Part shown: piece after piece, positions 29,313 to 38,741 of the stretch | Layout of the letters: each line of letters opens with the position of its first letter | Numbering within the stretch: position 1 is the first letter of the stretch | Sequence record: DRR723986_28180 | Reading direction: 5' to 3' (one strand) | DNA: 38,812 nt | Notes under the pieces: model-generated | Database searches by the model: none | Seen by the model: only the letters and a program-made list of their open reading frames with translations | What the model was told of the DNA's origin: nothing | Program-made: the position numbers and the translations under genes

Positions 29313-29385
29313 CAGCACCAACTTCCGCTCGATAATATCACGTGTACACTAAACCACTTCTCCGAATTTCGGCATATTCAACCTA

Positions 29386-29499
29386 ATGTCTGGAATAATA
29401 AATACCATAAACCTTTGGATCGCGAAAGGACGATTTGACTATGTTCTTAAAGTCAGTCAAAAGATTGATTACAAGAAATAGACAAAATTTATTGGCTCT
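29386..29499 (+). pseudogene. Truncated paralog of the 29561 gene (immunity remnant)
   Basis: WIAKGRFDYVLKVSQKIDYKK*TKFIGS aligns ungapped to WIAKEAFENISKIKQKLDYNKWVDFIES (14/28 identical). TAG at 29479 replaces the Trp codon. Confidence 0.8.
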
Positions 29500-29560
29500 G
29501 GAAAGACCTGAATTAACTTTTAAAATAAATACAATTGAGGAATTCGTAAATTAAAAAAAA

Positions 29561-29992
29561 ATGAAAATCTCGGACCCCTGGATAGCTAAAGAAGCTTTTG
29601 AAAACATATCGAAAATAAAACAAAAACTGGACTACAATAAATGGGTTGATTTTATAGAATCAAATCTAGACTATTTTACATGGCTCGAAAACACTGACAA
29701 GGGAAAAAAAACTATGAAGAACATTAACCTTATACCAGAAGGTTTTAAAAAAGCCGTTATTGAAGGACATAAAAAGAAACAAGTCTGCGCAGAATTTAAT
29801 GATCGAAAGGGGTATCATGAGGTTATAATAAAATTCAACGAGGAGTTAGGCGTTCTTGGTACAACATTTCAAAAGCCTATTACAAAATTTCATCTTAAGT
29901 GGCTAATTGAAATGGCCGAGCATTTAGACGCATTTGTTTTGAACAATGGCAGGGTAATTATTGATGAAAGTTTTGTAAAAAAAATGAGCTGA
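29561..29992 (+). CDS. Hypothetical protein, putative orphan immunity protein
   Basis: Small, AT-rich cytoplasmic ORF downstream of the toxin/immunity pair on the same strand. Confidence 0.6.
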   Translation: MKISDPWIAKEAFENISKIKQKLDYNKWVDFIESNLDYFTWLENTDKGKKTMKNINLIPEGFKKAVIEGHKKKQVCAEFNDRKGYHEVIIKFNEELGVLGTTFQKPITKFHLKWLIEMAEHLDAFVLNNGRVIIDESFVKKMS

Positions 29993-30137
29993 CTATGATT
30001 CCCCTCTCCGCAACAACTAAGCTGCTACACCCTTTCAAACAATCAAATAAACAAATCATTATCTCCCAAAAACCAGCATAAACACCTACTAAAAAATACT
30101 TGCTATTTTTGAGCCTTGAATTAATCCAAAACAATAA

Positions 30138-31757
30138 ATGAAAAAAATCTTCTTTCTACTTACAGCCTTACTGTCTTTAAACACTTACGCCCAAAACGCA
30201 TCTTTTGAATGGAGTAGCATTCAATCTAACAGTGATTTAAAATTAAAACCAAGAGAATTTATTGGTGAAACAAGCACTCACTTTTTCAATCTTAGACATA
30301 ATATGGGGGCTGGTGATGTCGGTTACGCATCAGAATTCAGTATGGATGTTACCAACAAGGAAACTCAACGAACTGAAATTGTTTATTTAAATATTCGACC
30401 TGTAGGTGAATTTGGTTCTCGAATGGTTCACTCAATGATGACCATAAAAGACGAACTCTATGTGTTGAGACAAATTAAAAACAACAAGGACAAACACTTG
30501 AGTTTAACAGTAAATGCTGTAGATCTCAATGGAAAGATTGGGGAAAGCAAAGTTTTAGCTGAACATAATTTTGAGAAAATATTATTCCCGGGTAAATTCA
30601 GTACTGCATTGAGTGCTGACAAAAGTAAATTGGCGATTTTAAAATTGCCCAATTATAATAAAAAAGCTACTGATTATAAAGCCGTGGTTTACTGCTACAG
30701 CACATCTGATTGGAGCTTGGTGTATCAAGAAGAAGTTAACTTAGAAATTCCCCCTCAAAAATCTCCTGATTTTCAGCTAAGCGCATCAAACAATGGCGAT
30801 ATTTTATTTGGACTTGTCCACAAGTATGAAAAAAAGCAACGGAATGACTTTTACGCCTATAATGCAACAAAAAAAGAATTCACGCATTTGGACCTTGGTT
30901 TCGGTTTAAGCATTAATAGCCAGCAGTTCAGTATTAAAGTACTAGCTGATGGTAATTTCAATATTGTAGGCTCCTATTTTGATGAAGCAATTGGTAAAGG
31001 AGTGGCTGGCACATCTGAAAGTCAAGTAAATGGTATTTTCTCTGCTTACATAGCAGAAGCTAAAATGGTCAACAACGTCACCTTTCACCCATGGACAAAA
31101 GAACTTTTGAAATTCAAATTGGGCGACATTAAAAAACTAGATGAAACGAAAGATTTTGCAAAGGAAAATATAACGGGGCACCACATCATGAATGATGGCT
31201 CGGTAGTCTTGGAGTTTTCAAATGCTCGCGTAAGTAGTCAAACCATGGGCTCAGGTGAAAGTGCTTACAAGGTTTATTGGATGCGTTTTAGGCAAATTAA
31301 AATGTGGTCAATAAATCCAAAAACGGGTCAAATCAACTGGACGCTTTTACACGAAATCGATCAAGACACAGAAAATAAAACAAGAAATGCAGGACCGGCA
31401 TTCTTTGGACAGCAGACTTTCACTGATGGAATTAACATTTATTTCGTTTATAACAATCAGGCAATACTGAGTGGAAAATGGACCGAATCAGATGGAACCG
31501 CATATAGTAAAAAGGAAATATTTGGAAATTATGGCGGAGCGGCTACCTTCTTGAAAACCATCAATCAAAATGGCGAATTACAGAACCCTAACTTAAAATT
31601 TGGAACACCTCTGAAAGATATGTATACAGGACGTATTACAAGTCCAATGATTTTTGACGCAGATTTCTCGGCTAAATTGGAAGACGGTTTTCTAATTCGT
31701 TGCATGAATGGTAACGGGGCTAATTTCAGCTATGGAAGAATGAAGGTTGTGCAATAA
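30138..31757 (+). CDS. Secreted hypothetical protein (beta-rich)
   Basis: Signal peptide TYA|Q, a TATTTTTG -7 element at 30104-11, and no T9SS CTD. Confidence 0.7.
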   Translation: MKKIFFLLTALLSLNTYAQNASFEWSSIQSNSDLKLKPREFIGETSTHFFNLRHNMGAGDVGYASEFSMDVTNKETQRTEIVYLNIRPVGEFGSRMVHSMMTIKDELYVLRQIKNNKDKHLSLTVNAVDLNGKIGESKVLAEHNFEKILFPGKFSTALSADKSKLAILKLPNYNKKATDYKAVVYCYSTSDWSLVYQEEVNLEIPPQKSPDFQLSASNNGDILFGLVHKYEKKQRNDFYAYNATKKEFTHLDLGFGLSINSQQFSIKVLADGNFNIVGSYFDEAIGKGVAGTSESQVNGIFSAYIAEAKMVNNVTFHPWTKELLKFKLGDIKKLDETKDFAKENITGHHIMNDGSVVLEFSNARVSSQTMGSGESAYKVYWMRFRQIKMWSINPKTGQINWTLLHEIDQDTENKTRNAGPAFFGQQTFTDGINIYFVYNNQAILSGKWTESDGTAYSKKEIFGNYGGAATFLKTINQNGELQNPNLKFGTPLKDMYTGRITSPMIFDADFSAKLEDGFLIRCMNGNGANFSYGRMKVVQ

Positions 31758-31758
31758 A

Positions 31759-32196
31759 TCACTCCTCACCAAAACCGCACTGAGCATCTCCTTTTACAGG
31801 CTCTGCTTCTACTCTATCGTGTTCTGTGGGACCTATCATACCGTAAACTTGTTTGCTGCCGCAACCAACTAAAATTAGGAACAAAGCCATGATCGGCAGC
31901 AGAATAGCAAAGCGTTTATTAGTACTTGCTTTTCGTATGGTATTTCGATAAACACGAGTCGCTCCTTCACGCCAATCACCATAAGCACCTTCAACTTGAT
32001 ACGCCTTATAAATGCCACATGCAGATATTTCTGCATTTGAAATGGCTGCTTGCTCAAATTCAGTCAGGTTTTTATTTGAGTAGTCAAACACCTTTTTATG
32101 ACATTGCTGACAAGCATAGCCTCCGTCACATTTAGGCATGTTTTTGACCTCTACCGGGCAATTGAATTCTAATTTAAAGTCGTCCTGCTTATTCAT
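31759..32196 (-). CDS. Small membrane protein with N-terminal Cys-rich (probable Zn-binding) motif
   Basis: C-x5-M-x6-C-x2-C-x-K-x-V-x-D...CG motif, which is common at the N-termini of Bacteroidota TonB/CarboxypepD_reg proteins. It is followed by a hydrophobic segment ending LVGC. Confidence 0.6.
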   Translation of the reverse strand: MNKQDDFKLEFNCPVEVKNMPKCDGGYACQQCHKKVFDYSNKNLTEFEQAAISNAEISACGIYKAYQVEGAYGDWREGATRVYRNTIRKASTNKRFAILLPIMALFLILVGCGSKQVYGMIGPTEHDRVEAEPVKGDAQCGFGEE

Positions 32197-32274
32197 AACA
32201 TATGGTTTTTCTAATTTGATGGACTTATTAAAGAAAGGGTTGCATGCTTTTAAAACGACTATAGCATAAATACT

Positions 32275-32304
32275 TTGCCTGCATGGTCAAAGATGTTAAC
32301 TTTG
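32275..32304 (+). promoter_or_regulatory. Bacteroidota housekeeping promoter for the AsmA gene
   Basis: TTG 32275-77, 19 nt, TAACTTTG 32297-304, then ATG at 32311. Confidence 0.7.
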
Positions 32305-32310
32305 GGTAGA

Positions 32311-35300
32311 ATGAAATTTGGATTTTTAAAACGGTGGAAATTTTGGAGGAGGCTGATCATCTGGTCGCTACTTGTTCCAATACTTCTCTTTTTTACCGTG
32401 GTCATGATAGTTTATTGGAAGCAAGACGCCATTGTACAAAAATTAATTTCAGATCTGAATGAAGACTTCGTGGGAGAAATTGAAATTGAAGATTCTCATG
32501 TTAGCCCTTTTGAAAACTTCCCTTACATCTCTATAGATCTTGATCACGTTAAAATTTATGAAGACAAGGAAAATCATAAAGATCCAATTTTAGATATTGA
32601 GGATGTTTATGTAGGATTTGATTTATGGACACTGATAGCGGGAGATTATGACATCAAACTGCTTGAATTAAAGAACGGTTATATCCATGCGATTCAGCAT
32701 GAAGACGGAGAACTGAACATTTCTAAAGCCTTGTCTTCTACTAAACCCGTTGAGGAAATAGAAGAAGATTTTCATATCCATTTAAAGTCAATTGAGTTGA
32801 TCAATGTAGATATCTACAAGCTCAATGAAGCCAACGGAATGATGATTGAATCATTCGTTGAGCATGCCGATCTTGGTTTCAAAACAAATGACGAGCATGT
32901 GCTGGCCTCAATTGATGCACAATTAGAAATGAACATCATTCAACACGGCGATACGAGCTTTTTTAAGCATAAACATTTGAATATCAAAGGAGATATGGAA
33001 TATTTGAAGGAGGAGGATATCATTATGATAAACCCTTCTGAATTAGAATTAGAGCATGCGACCTTTAAAAGTGAGGGAATGATAGATGTAGCAGATGACT
33101 TCAATGTGGATGTAGTTTTATATGGCCATAAAAAGAACTTTGAATTATTCATGGCTCTTGCCCCTGAAGAGCTCAACCCTGTGTTGAGTAAGTATGATAA
33201 TGCAGGAGATATCGAATTTGAAGTGCAAATTCAAGGAAAAGCAATAAACGGCTCTACACCATATGTTGATGCGACATTTAGTTGTAAAGACGCGCATTTT
33301 GAGAATAATCTCACCCATAAAAAAGTGGATCAACTTAACTTTTCTGGTCATTTTACAAACAACGGAATGCCTGGTCTTGAAGGGATGGAGTTTAGTTTGA
33401 AGGATTTTACAGCACGACCCGAAGCAGGAGAATTTAAGGTCAATCTTGAAGTCAAAAATTTTGAATCTCCAGATATAGACCTCACCCTTGATTCGGATTT
33501 CGATTTGGAATTTTTAACCTCCTTTATCAATGCTACGAGCTTTGAAGAGATCCACGGAAAAATTCAAATGCACATGAAATTCCACGACATTATTGATTTA
33601 TCCAAACCTGAACGCTCAATTGAAAAAATGAATGAGGCTTACTATTCTGAAATCCTGGTAGAAGATTTGGGATTCAAAACACCGGCTTACCACTTAGGGC
33701 TTGACAATTTCAACACGAAAATCACGGTAAAAGGTCATGAAGCGACAATAGAATATTTTAAAGCACAACTGGGAGGTTCAGATATCGATATATCGGGCCA
33801 CATTTCAGATTTACCGGCTATCATTCATCATTCATCAGACGAAGTGACTGCTGATTTGAGTATTAATTCAAAATTACTTGACATCCTTGAGATGACGAAA
33901 TCTGACGATCCGGAGAAAGAACCTGTAGATGAAAGAATTCATGGATTAAAAATGAACCTGAAATTTGTTTCGTCTGCAAAGAATTTTACTGAGTCCCCTA
34001 ACCTTCCTGTTGGCGAATTTTTTATTGAAGATTTATATGCTAAGCTGGATCACTATCCGCACACATTCCACGATTTTCATGCAGATTTGTTTGTTGAAGA
34101 TTCCAATTTCAAAATCATTGATTTCTCGGGGATGATTGATGAATCAGATTTTCATTTTAATGGCAAACTTTTAGACTATGAAAGATGGTTAGAAGAACAT
34201 CCAAAAGGAGATACCAAAGTTGAATTTGATCTGACTTCAAAGCACTTAGAATTAGATGACCTGTTTTCGTATAAAGGAGAAAATTTTGTTCCGGATGATT
34301 ATCGACATGAAGTGTTAAGCAACATGAAGTTACACGGTTCTGTTGAGCTTCATTTCAATGATGGCTTGCAATCCACAGATGCCCAATTAGAAAATGTTTC
34401 TGCTAAAATGAAAGTGCATCCAATGAAAATGGAAAATTTTAATGGTAGAATTCACTTTGAGGATGAACATATCGTTATCGAACAGTTAGCTGGTAAAATT
34501 GGAAAATCTCGTTTCTCAGTTGACCTCAACTATTATTTAGGAGAAGATGAATCCATCAAAAAAAGGGACAATCATTTTGGAATCACGGCTTCATGGCTAG
34601 ACTTTGATGAACTGTTCAATTACAATGCGCAACCTACAGATTTAGCTGAGTCCCCTTCTGAGCATGAAGATGTATTCAATATTTATGAACTGCCTTTCAC
34701 CACCATGACTTTTGATTTAGATATTGATCATCTCAACTATCACAGGTACATGCTTAAGAATTTTCATGGAAGATTCAACACCACACCTGAGCATTATATC
34801 TATATCGATACGCTGCGTACCAATGCTGCAGGAGGATCAATTGCTTTATCAGGTTACTTTAACGGCTCAAATAAAGACAAAATTTACTTCAGTCCGAATA
34901 TGAAGATGAAGAATGTGGATTTAGACAAACTCCTTTTCAAATTTGAGAATTTCGGGCAAGATCATTTAGTTTCTGAAAACTTACATGGACGAATCACGGC
35001 AGATATCAAAGGAAAAATTCATGTTCATGCTGATATGGTTCCAATTCTGGACGATTCAAAAATCAATATGGATGTATTGATCATCAACGGGCAATTACTC
35101 AACTTCGCACCGATAGTTGACATGAAAGAATACTTTGTAGATAAAAACGTGCATAAAGTGAAATTCGACACCCTTCAAAATCACATTGATTTTGATAACG
35201 GCACCATCAACATTCCCAATATGTCAATCAATTCTACGCTTGGGTTCATTATGATTTCTGGAACTCAAGACATGAATTACAACATGGAATACTATCTAAG

Positions 35301-35502
35301 AGTCCCACTTAAGCTTGTTGCCGGCACTGGATTCAAGGCATTATTTGGTAAAAAACAAGAAGAAGTTGACCCAAATCAAGAAGATGAAATTGAATACGTA
35401 GATCCAGAGAAAAAACAGGCCTACGTGAACATTAAAATTGTAGGTGACGAAACCGATTACAAAATCACATTAGGCAAGGATAAAAAGAATAGAAAAGATT
35501 AA
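32311..35502 (+). CDS. AsmA family protein
   Basis: N-terminal TM anchor, FENFPYISIDL, DGELNI, a long beta-groove-type sequence and C-terminal INIPNMSINS..ISGTQD..MEYYLRV. Confidence 0.8.
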   Translation: MKFGFLKRWKFWRRLIIWSLLVPILLFFTVVMIVYWKQDAIVQKLISDLNEDFVGEIEIEDSHVSPFENFPYISIDLDHVKIYEDKENHKDPILDIEDVYVGFDLWTLIAGDYDIKLLELKNGYIHAIQHEDGELNISKALSSTKPVEEIEEDFHIHLKSIELINVDIYKLNEANGMMIESFVEHADLGFKTNDEHVLASIDAQLEMNIIQHGDTSFFKHKHLNIKGDMEYLKEEDIIMINPSELELEHATFKSEGMIDVADDFNVDVVLYGHKKNFELFMALAPEELNPVLSKYDNAGDIEFEVQIQGKAINGSTPYVDATFSCKDAHFENNLTHKKVDQLNFSGHFTNNGMPGLEGMEFSLKDFTARPEAGEFKVNLEVKNFESPDIDLTLDSDFDLEFLTSFINATSFEEIHGKIQMHMKFHDIIDLSKPERSIEKMNEAYYSEILVEDLGFKTPAYHLGLDNFNTKITVKGHEATIEYFKAQLGGSDIDISGHISDLPAIIHHSSDEVTADLSINSKLLDILEMTKSDDPEKEPVDERIHGLKMNLKFVSSAKNFTESPNLPVGEFFIEDLYAKLDHYPHTFHDFHADLFVEDSNFKIIDFSGMIDESDFHFNGKLLDYERWLEEHPKGDTKVEFDLTSKHLELDDLFSYKGENFVPDDYRHEVLSNMKLHGSVELHFNDGLQSTDAQLENVSAKMKVHPMKMENFNGRIHFEDEHIVIEQLAGKIGKSRFSVDLNYYLGEDESIKKRDNHFGITASWLDFDELFNYNAQPTDLAESPSEHEDVFNIYELPFTTMTFDLDIDHLNYHRYMLKNFHGRFNTTPEHYIYIDTLRTNAAGGSIALSGYFNGSNKDKIYFSPNMKMKNVDLDKLLFKFENFGQDHLVSENLHGRITADIKGKIHVHADMVPILDDSKINMDVLIINGQLLNFAPIVDMKEYFVDKNVHKVKFDTLQNHIDFDNGTINIPNMSINSTLGFIMISGTQDMNYNMEYYLRVPLKLVAGTGFKALFGKKQEEVDPNQEDEIEYVDPEKKQAYVNIKIVGDETDYKITLGKDKKNRKD

Positions 35503-35576
35503 ATAATTTTTTCTGTTTTGAAATAATATGGGGCACTCAACGTTTTAGCTTCATATTCATTTCAAAATCTTCAATT

Positions 35577-36287
35577 ATGATTGCCCAAATAAAATCAATG
35601 CTTTTAGTTTCGTTTTGTTGTTTCATTACTATCGGAACTCTAGCCCAAAAAAAATCAGATATTGGCTTAATATTTTCCCCATTTTATCCACTTTCAGGCG
35701 CCTTTGAATATCGAGTTCCCATCAAAAAAAATAACAAGTTCCTTCTGAAGTATGGACTTTATCATACTCAGCACAGCAATTTCGAATGGTACAACTCTGA
35801 AATTATTGCCGCCAATGACTCAACTGTAACTGAGCGTCAATTAGGCAATAACAATAACACTTTTGAATTCAGGTTTGGCTCAGAATATCAGATCAAGGAG
35901 ACAATTTTTTCAATCTACTCTGATATTAATGTAGGATATAAACATGAGAAATTATTCTACAACACCATGTCTTATCAATTGCAAGGTGGAGAGTGGGTTT
36001 CACCTCAAACTACAATCTACCCTGAAGGACAAGACCCTTCACAATCAAGAGTAACAAGACATTACTTAACAACAAATTTAAGAGCAGGGGCAGCAATGAA
36101 TGTACCAATTGGCAAACTATTTTTATTGAATCTTTATGTAGGAGGATCTTTCGGCTTGCCAATTTATATGGGTGAAACGAACAAAATAGGTCCAGAAGAA
36201 GATTTCAAAGGTGTTCCTATCACTTTTGATTTCTTTACAAATGCAGGTATTGGCTTGAGATACAAAATTGGAGTGAACAAGGAATAA
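35577..36287 (+). CDS. Small outer-membrane beta-barrel protein
   Basis: Signal peptide TLA|Q, amphipathic strands and C-terminal AGIGLRYKI. Confidence 0.65.
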   Translation: MIAQIKSMLLVSFCCFITIGTLAQKKSDIGLIFSPFYPLSGAFEYRVPIKKNNKFLLKYGLYHTQHSNFEWYNSEIIAANDSTVTERQLGNNNNTFEFRFGSEYQIKETIFSIYSDINVGYKHEKLFYNTMSYQLQGGEWVSPQTTIYPEGQDPSQSRVTRHYLTTNLRAGAAMNVPIGKLFLLNLYVGGSFGLPIYMGETNKIGPEEDFKGVPITFDFFTNAGIGLRYKIGVNKE

Positions 36288-36356
36288 GACTCCATATTAC
36301 TTAAAGAATTCCAACCGATACAGAGAAAATCTCGTTTTGATAAGAAATCACCCAAA

Positions 36357-37280
36357 ATGAGAAAATTACTTGTCATCATCTGCTTAGTTTCAAGCTTCAA
36401 TTATTCTTGGTCACAATTCGTAGAATGGCCTGATTCAGCGGCAAGTTGGGTTAACACGCATTCAACTTTCGTTTACAACTCAGATATATGGGGAAATTCA
36501 TGGTATACCGTTGAACAAGATCACCTCGCGGGCTATTGTGTGAACGGTGAAGACACACTAATTGGAGTAGAAACGTATACGAAAGTTGACACTTGCTTAA
36601 CAGAAGGTTACAAAGGTGCTTTGCGTTCAGAAAACAGGATCGTTTACTATGTCCCTAAAGACAGCAGTCAAGAGTATCTCATTTATGATTTTAATGTCTT
36701 ACCAGGGGATACTGTTAATTTTTATTATGAAGATTTCTATGCCAACTATTCATTGCAAAGTGGTCAACATATTTTACAACCTGGCTCGGTAGACTCTAGC
36801 CTCTTTCATGGAAAATGGCGCAAAACTATTGACATGGGAGGTTCACGCTGGATAGAAGGAATTGGAAACTCTTATGGCCTGTTCTTAGAGCACTGGGATA
36901 ACGTTTCAATGTATTTGGTTGAACTAAATTGCATGAGCTTAAATGATACTGTCCAATTCGCAAATCATGACACAACATATATAGCAGGAAATTGTCAATA
37001 TGATTTGGGCTTTGGAAAATCATCATTTAATGATACAGAATTACTCGTTTTCCCCAATCCAGCACATAACACGGTCAATTTAACTTTTGATTCACCAACC
37101 GTTTTAACAAATCAAGTGATATTGAGAATGTTTGATATACAAGGCCACCAAATTGCAATTGAGACCAGACAAACCAGCGAGGGCTTCACAATTCCCTTAG
37201 ATGATATAGAACAAGGACTTTACTTTTTGGATATCCAAATTGAAGACTCCCATATCTCAAAAAAAATCACAAAACTTTAA
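36357..37280 (+). CDS. T9SS type A sorting domain protein
   Basis: Signal peptide SWS|Q, passenger motifs EYLIYDFN..GDT and WIEGIG, and CTD VFPNPAHN...GLYFL...SKKITK. Confidence 0.88.
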   Translation: MRKLLVIICLVSSFNYSWSQFVEWPDSAASWVNTHSTFVYNSDIWGNSWYTVEQDHLAGYCVNGEDTLIGVETYTKVDTCLTEGYKGALRSENRIVYYVPKDSSQEYLIYDFNVLPGDTVNFYYEDFYANYSLQSGQHILQPGSVDSSLFHGKWRKTIDMGGSRWIEGIGNSYGLFLEHWDNVSMYLVELNCMSLNDTVQFANHDTTYIAGNCQYDLGFGKSSFNDTELLVFPNPAHNTVNLTFDSPTVLTNQVILRMFDIQGHQIAIETRQTSEGFTIPLDDIEQGLYFLDIQIEDSHISKKITKL

Positions 37281-38657
37281 CTACTTGATCAGTTTTTGAA
37301 TTCTGTCAATTTGAGCTTGTTTGTTGACTTCTCTTAAGCGGTTAGAGGTATCCGTATAGAATTGGTGAGCTGATAAAAACTTGATTTGCAATTCGTTCCA
37401 AACATTGATATCGTTCATAATTCCCATTGCCTCCAACTCTTTAAACAGTTTATTAGATGTTGGAATAAAGTCTGATCTTCCTAAATAGTCTAGGTCTGAA
37501 TCGCACATAATTCGTTGCAACAAGGTTTCAGGGTTTGGTGGCATTTGTGTTGCCATGATGATATTACAAATTTCATCAATCTGATGTTCTGAATAATTGT
37601 AAGCTGTTAACCACTCTCTGGCAATCACACAACTATGCGCCTCATGTCCAGCAGATTCAATGGTATGTCCAGTATCATGAAACAAAGCAGCCGTTTTCAA
37701 CAAAAGAATCTGCTCGTCAGATACGCCTTCACCATAACCAATTAATTCAACCTGATTCACGACATCAATTGTATGTGTATAATCATGGTAATACAGATGT
37801 TCGGGTAAATTCTTAATTAGAAAATCAATCACCTTAGCTTCTAAATCATTGAACTCTTTCAAATGATATTTCAGCATGAACTCATCATTTGGAACAATTC
37901 CGACTTTTCGATCTTCGGAATATGCCTTTTTAATTCGTTTTAAGCGATACAGCTCCAAGTTACCTCTGTATTTAATGGGTAATTCGCCAGAATATTCGCA
38001 AGTGAAGTATCCTTTAACTATTTCATAGGTATAATCTGAAAGGATAATTTCTCCAATTTCACACATGGCCGCAATTCTTGGAGCAGAGTTAATCACCTCT
38101 CCAGTCAAACTGAATGAAGCTTTCTTCTTACGAGATTTCTCTTCTTCCACTACTCCATTTCCTGAATGAATACCGATTCTTAAATCCCAAAAGTATTTCC
38201 CTTCTTTGTTGAATTTTTCTTGTAGTGATTTTACATATGCGGTGATTTCAAGAGCTGCCAAGCAAATATCAATAAAGTTGGTTGAGCGCTTTTCAGTAAT
38301 TCCACCGGCTAAAACATAATCATCTCCTATAACTTTGATACGCTCTAACTTATGCTTGTGCGCTATATCATCAAACTTGATATAGATTTCATCTAAAACA
38401 TCATATAAGTCATCCGCAGCTTCACCTTCTTTGATGGTTTTAAATCCACCAAAGTCAACGTAAAGTACTGAAATACCTTTCTTCTTGACAGAAAGCTTAT
38501 TGCCAGATTTTTTCTGAATCTCTTTTATAGTAGATTCAAGGTCACGATTCGATTCAATCAATTCCTCATTTTGAAGTGTTAACTCCTTGATCTGTTGATT
38601 CAAACGTTGATTTGTCTTTAATAAATCGTCAATATTGAGTTTATTGTCTTTATCCAT
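37281..38657 (-). CDS. Class III adenylate/guanylate cyclase domain fused to HD domain
   Basis: Coiled-coil N-terminus. Cyclase motifs VLYVDFGGF, IKVIGDDY, LRIGIHSG and GEVINSAPR. HD motifs YHDYTHT, LFHDTGH, HE and CDSDLDYLG. Confidence 0.85.
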   Translation of the reverse strand: MDKDNKLNIDDLLKTNQRLNQQIKELTLQNEELIESNRDLESTIKEIQKKSGNKLSVKKKGISVLYVDFGGFKTIKEGEAADDLYDVLDEIYIKFDDIAHKHKLERIKVIGDDYVLAGGITEKRSTNFIDICLAALEITAYVKSLQEKFNKEGKYFWDLRIGIHSGNGVVEEEKSRKKKASFSLTGEVINSAPRIAAMCEIGEIILSDYTYEIVKGYFTCEYSGELPIKYRGNLELYRLKRIKKAYSEDRKVGIVPNDEFMLKYHLKEFNDLEAKVIDFLIKNLPEHLYYHDYTHTIDVVNQVELIGYGEGVSDEQILLLKTAALFHDTGHTIESAGHEAHSCVIAREWLTAYNYSEHQIDEICNIIMATQMPPNPETLLQRIMCDSDLDYLGRSDFIPTSNKLFKELEAMGIMNDINVWNELQIKFLSAHQFYTDTSNRLREVNKQAQIDRIQKLIK

Positions 38658-38741
38658 TTTTAAGAATCCCTGAAACTTTCAGACTAATTTAATAATATTG
38701 AGGAGTTTAGATCGGTTGAAACTCGTTTTTCGCAATTCATA

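Noticed and set aside
29313-29385. Orphan toxin C-terminal remnant before the immunity pseudogene
   Set aside because: A TAATG junction is present, but the in-frame upstream peptide is only 16 codons with no recognisable motif.
37281-38657. Pycsar/CBASS anti-phage system
   Set aside because: No adjacent cNMP-binding TIR or TM effector is visible in the window. A cyclase-HD fusion alone is insufficient.
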